From positions 864,001-928,000 of the forward strand of contig OZ242376.1 of NCBI GenBank assembly GCA_965209085.1: a stretch of DNA of 64,000 nucleotides, read 5' to 3'. The notes under the pieces are model-generated. The model did no database searches. It saw only the letters and a list, made by a program, of their open reading frames with translations, and was not told where the DNA came from. Shown here piece after piece: positions 62,620-64,000 of the stretch (position 1 is the first letter of the stretch; every line of letters begins with the position of its first letter). Position numbers and translations under genes: made by a program. Origin of the DNA: Nitrosopumilaceae archaeon. GTDB taxonomy: Archaea > Thermoproteota > Nitrososphaeria > Nitrososphaerales > Nitrosopumilaceae.

Positions 62620-62748
62620 ATGGCAACATTATGTGTAAAATGCGGCACTAGTACTGAAAAACCCCACGATTGCGAACATACGGATGAGCAGCCTTTCTGC
62701 ACCGAATGTTATACGGAACTGCATTACTATATGACAGAGTCTGAATAA
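62620..62748 (+). CDS. 42-aa zinc-finger microprotein
   Basis: Hand translated: MATLCVKCGTSTEKPHDCEHTDEQPFCTECYTELHYYMTESE. Stop lies 1 nt before the dedA ATG. Confidence 0.7.
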   Translation: MATLCVKCGTSTEKPHDCEHTDEQPFCTECYTELHYYMTESE

Positions 62749-62749
62749 A

Positions 62750-63280
62750 ATGAATCCAATTGAACAGATAATCCAATGGGTGATTGAATTTATAAACGGA
62801 GAAACATTGTATGCTGGAGTGTTTCTTGCATCACTGATTGAAACCGTTTTTCCGCCAATACCCACGCTTGCCATATTCCCACTGGCAGGATTTATCGCAT
62901 CACAAAATGGCATCGACCTTGCCGGAACTGTACTGCTGGGCATAACGGGGGGGATTGGCGCATCAATTGGCTCCACAATCATCTATGTTGTATCATGGAA
63001 ACTAGGCCGTAATGTAATATTGCGTTATTTGCACAAGATACGAATCCGTGAATCATCTGTAATCCGGGCTGAAAAATGGTTTGAGCAATACGGCGATAAG
63101 ATTGTACTCTTTGGCAGAATGGTGCCGGTAATTCGTGAGCTTGTATCAATACCTGCCGGAATTTTAAAAATGAATCCATTAAAATTCATATTTTACACGT
63201 TTATCGGCTCTTGCGTCTGGAGCATAGGCATAATTTTGGCAGGATATTATTTTGGCTCATCAGTATTCAGTAACATGTAA
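62750..63280 (+). CDS. DedA family membrane protein
   Basis: ETVFPPIP, AEKWFEQYG, FGRMVPVIRELVSIPAG. Confidence 0.92.
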   Translation: MNPIEQIIQWVIEFINGETLYAGVFLASLIETVFPPIPTLAIFPLAGFIASQNGIDLAGTVLLGITGGIGASIGSTIIYVVSWKLGRNVILRYLHKIRIRESSVIRAEKWFEQYGDKIVLFGRMVPVIRELVSIPAGILKMNPLKFIFYTFIGSCVWSIGIILAGYYFGSSVFSNM

Positions 63281-63325
63281 GATATTAGCGAAAAGTTGAA
63301 TTGTAGGGATAATGCTTGTAGATTT

Positions 63326-64000
63326 ATGCACGCTGTAATTTTGGCAGGAGGCAAGGGAACACGACTTCGACCAATAACTGACTGTATACCAAAAGCGTTG
63401 GTTTCAGTAGGCGGCAAACCCATACTAGAGTGGCAGGTATTAATGCTAGCAAAATCGGGCATACGAGACATCATAATTGCCACAGGGTACAAAAGTGATC
63501 TTATCGCAGATTATGTAAAATCACGCGACGGATTTGGATCAAATATTACAATATCTTATGAGAAAACTCTGCTGGGGACGGGAGGCGCCATAAAAAAAAC
63601 TGCAAAAAGTATCAAAGGCAAATCCTTTATCGTGTTAAACGGGGACATACTCACAGACATCCGCATATCTGACATGTTTAAAATGAACAATTCCCTGGCC
63701 GCGGTTCAAATGCCGACAAAATACGGATTGTTGGACATAGTCGGAGATAAAATACAGGAATTTAACGAAAAAGGTGTGTTATCAAACGCGTGGATAAACG
63801 GCGGAATTTACCATTTAGAGAAAAACATGATGGCAAAAATTCCATCAAAGGGCAATATCGAAAGTACCGTTTTTCCACAATATGCAAATGCCGGAAAACT
63901 GCACGTGATAAAATTTGAATCAAAATCCTGGTTTTCAATTGACTCTCACAAAGATCTTGAAACATGTTCTACCATAGTGCATAAAATGATAAAATCCTAG
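63326..64000 (+). CDS. NDP-sugar nucleotidyltransferase (mannose-1-P guanylyltransferase-like)
   Basis: ILAGGKGTRLRPIT..PKAL, LGTGGA, NGD, INGGIY. Confidence 0.92.
   Translation: MHAVILAGGKGTRLRPITDCIPKALVSVGGKPILEWQVLMLAKSGIRDIIIATGYKSDLIADYVKSRDGFGSNITISYEKTLLGTGGAIKKTAKSIKGKSFIVLNGDILTDIRISDMFKMNNSLAAVQMPTKYGLLDIVGDKIQEFNEKGVLSNAWINGGIYHLEKNMMAKIPSKGNIESTVFPQYANAGKLHVIKFESKSWFSIDSHKDLETCSTIVHKMIKS

Overview
This is an archaeal chromosome segment, almost certainly Nitrososphaerota (Thaumarchaeota) and most like Nitrosopumilaceae. The evidence is archaeal rpl40e/rps25e/rps26e, aRF1, purP, aspS-gatCAB, a tRNA intron with a bulge-helix-bulge (BHB) motif, and thaumarchaeal-type surface protein tails. 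Most of it is housekeeping: sucCD, ileS, purD/purN/purP/purK, folD, a deoxyhypusine synthase, thrS, speB, apt, mtnP, pyrG, trpEGDCBA (no trpF), ilvD, ilvA, cbtBA. There are four accessory zones. (1) 1-3830: end of an integrative element anchored at tRNA-Val(CAC), with an AT-rich Type IIG restriction-modification gene, twin palindromic operators and a decayed tyrosine integrase. (2) 14.3-15.8 kb: nested IS remnants. (3) 33.4-35.8 kb: an IS graveyard containing a HicB-like gene pair and an 81-bp MITE. (4) 53.7-56.5 kb: an IS5-type element (IS-B) inserted into the terminal repeat of a DDE_Tnp_4/ISL2-like element (IS-A). The most unusual signals are IS-B left ends lying exactly 19 bp inside IS-A-like termini at two loci, a multi-helix leader upstream of the deoxyhypusine synthase gene, and a lysine-rich pentapeptide-repeat protein. 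All family calls come from reading motifs by eye; no database searches were run.
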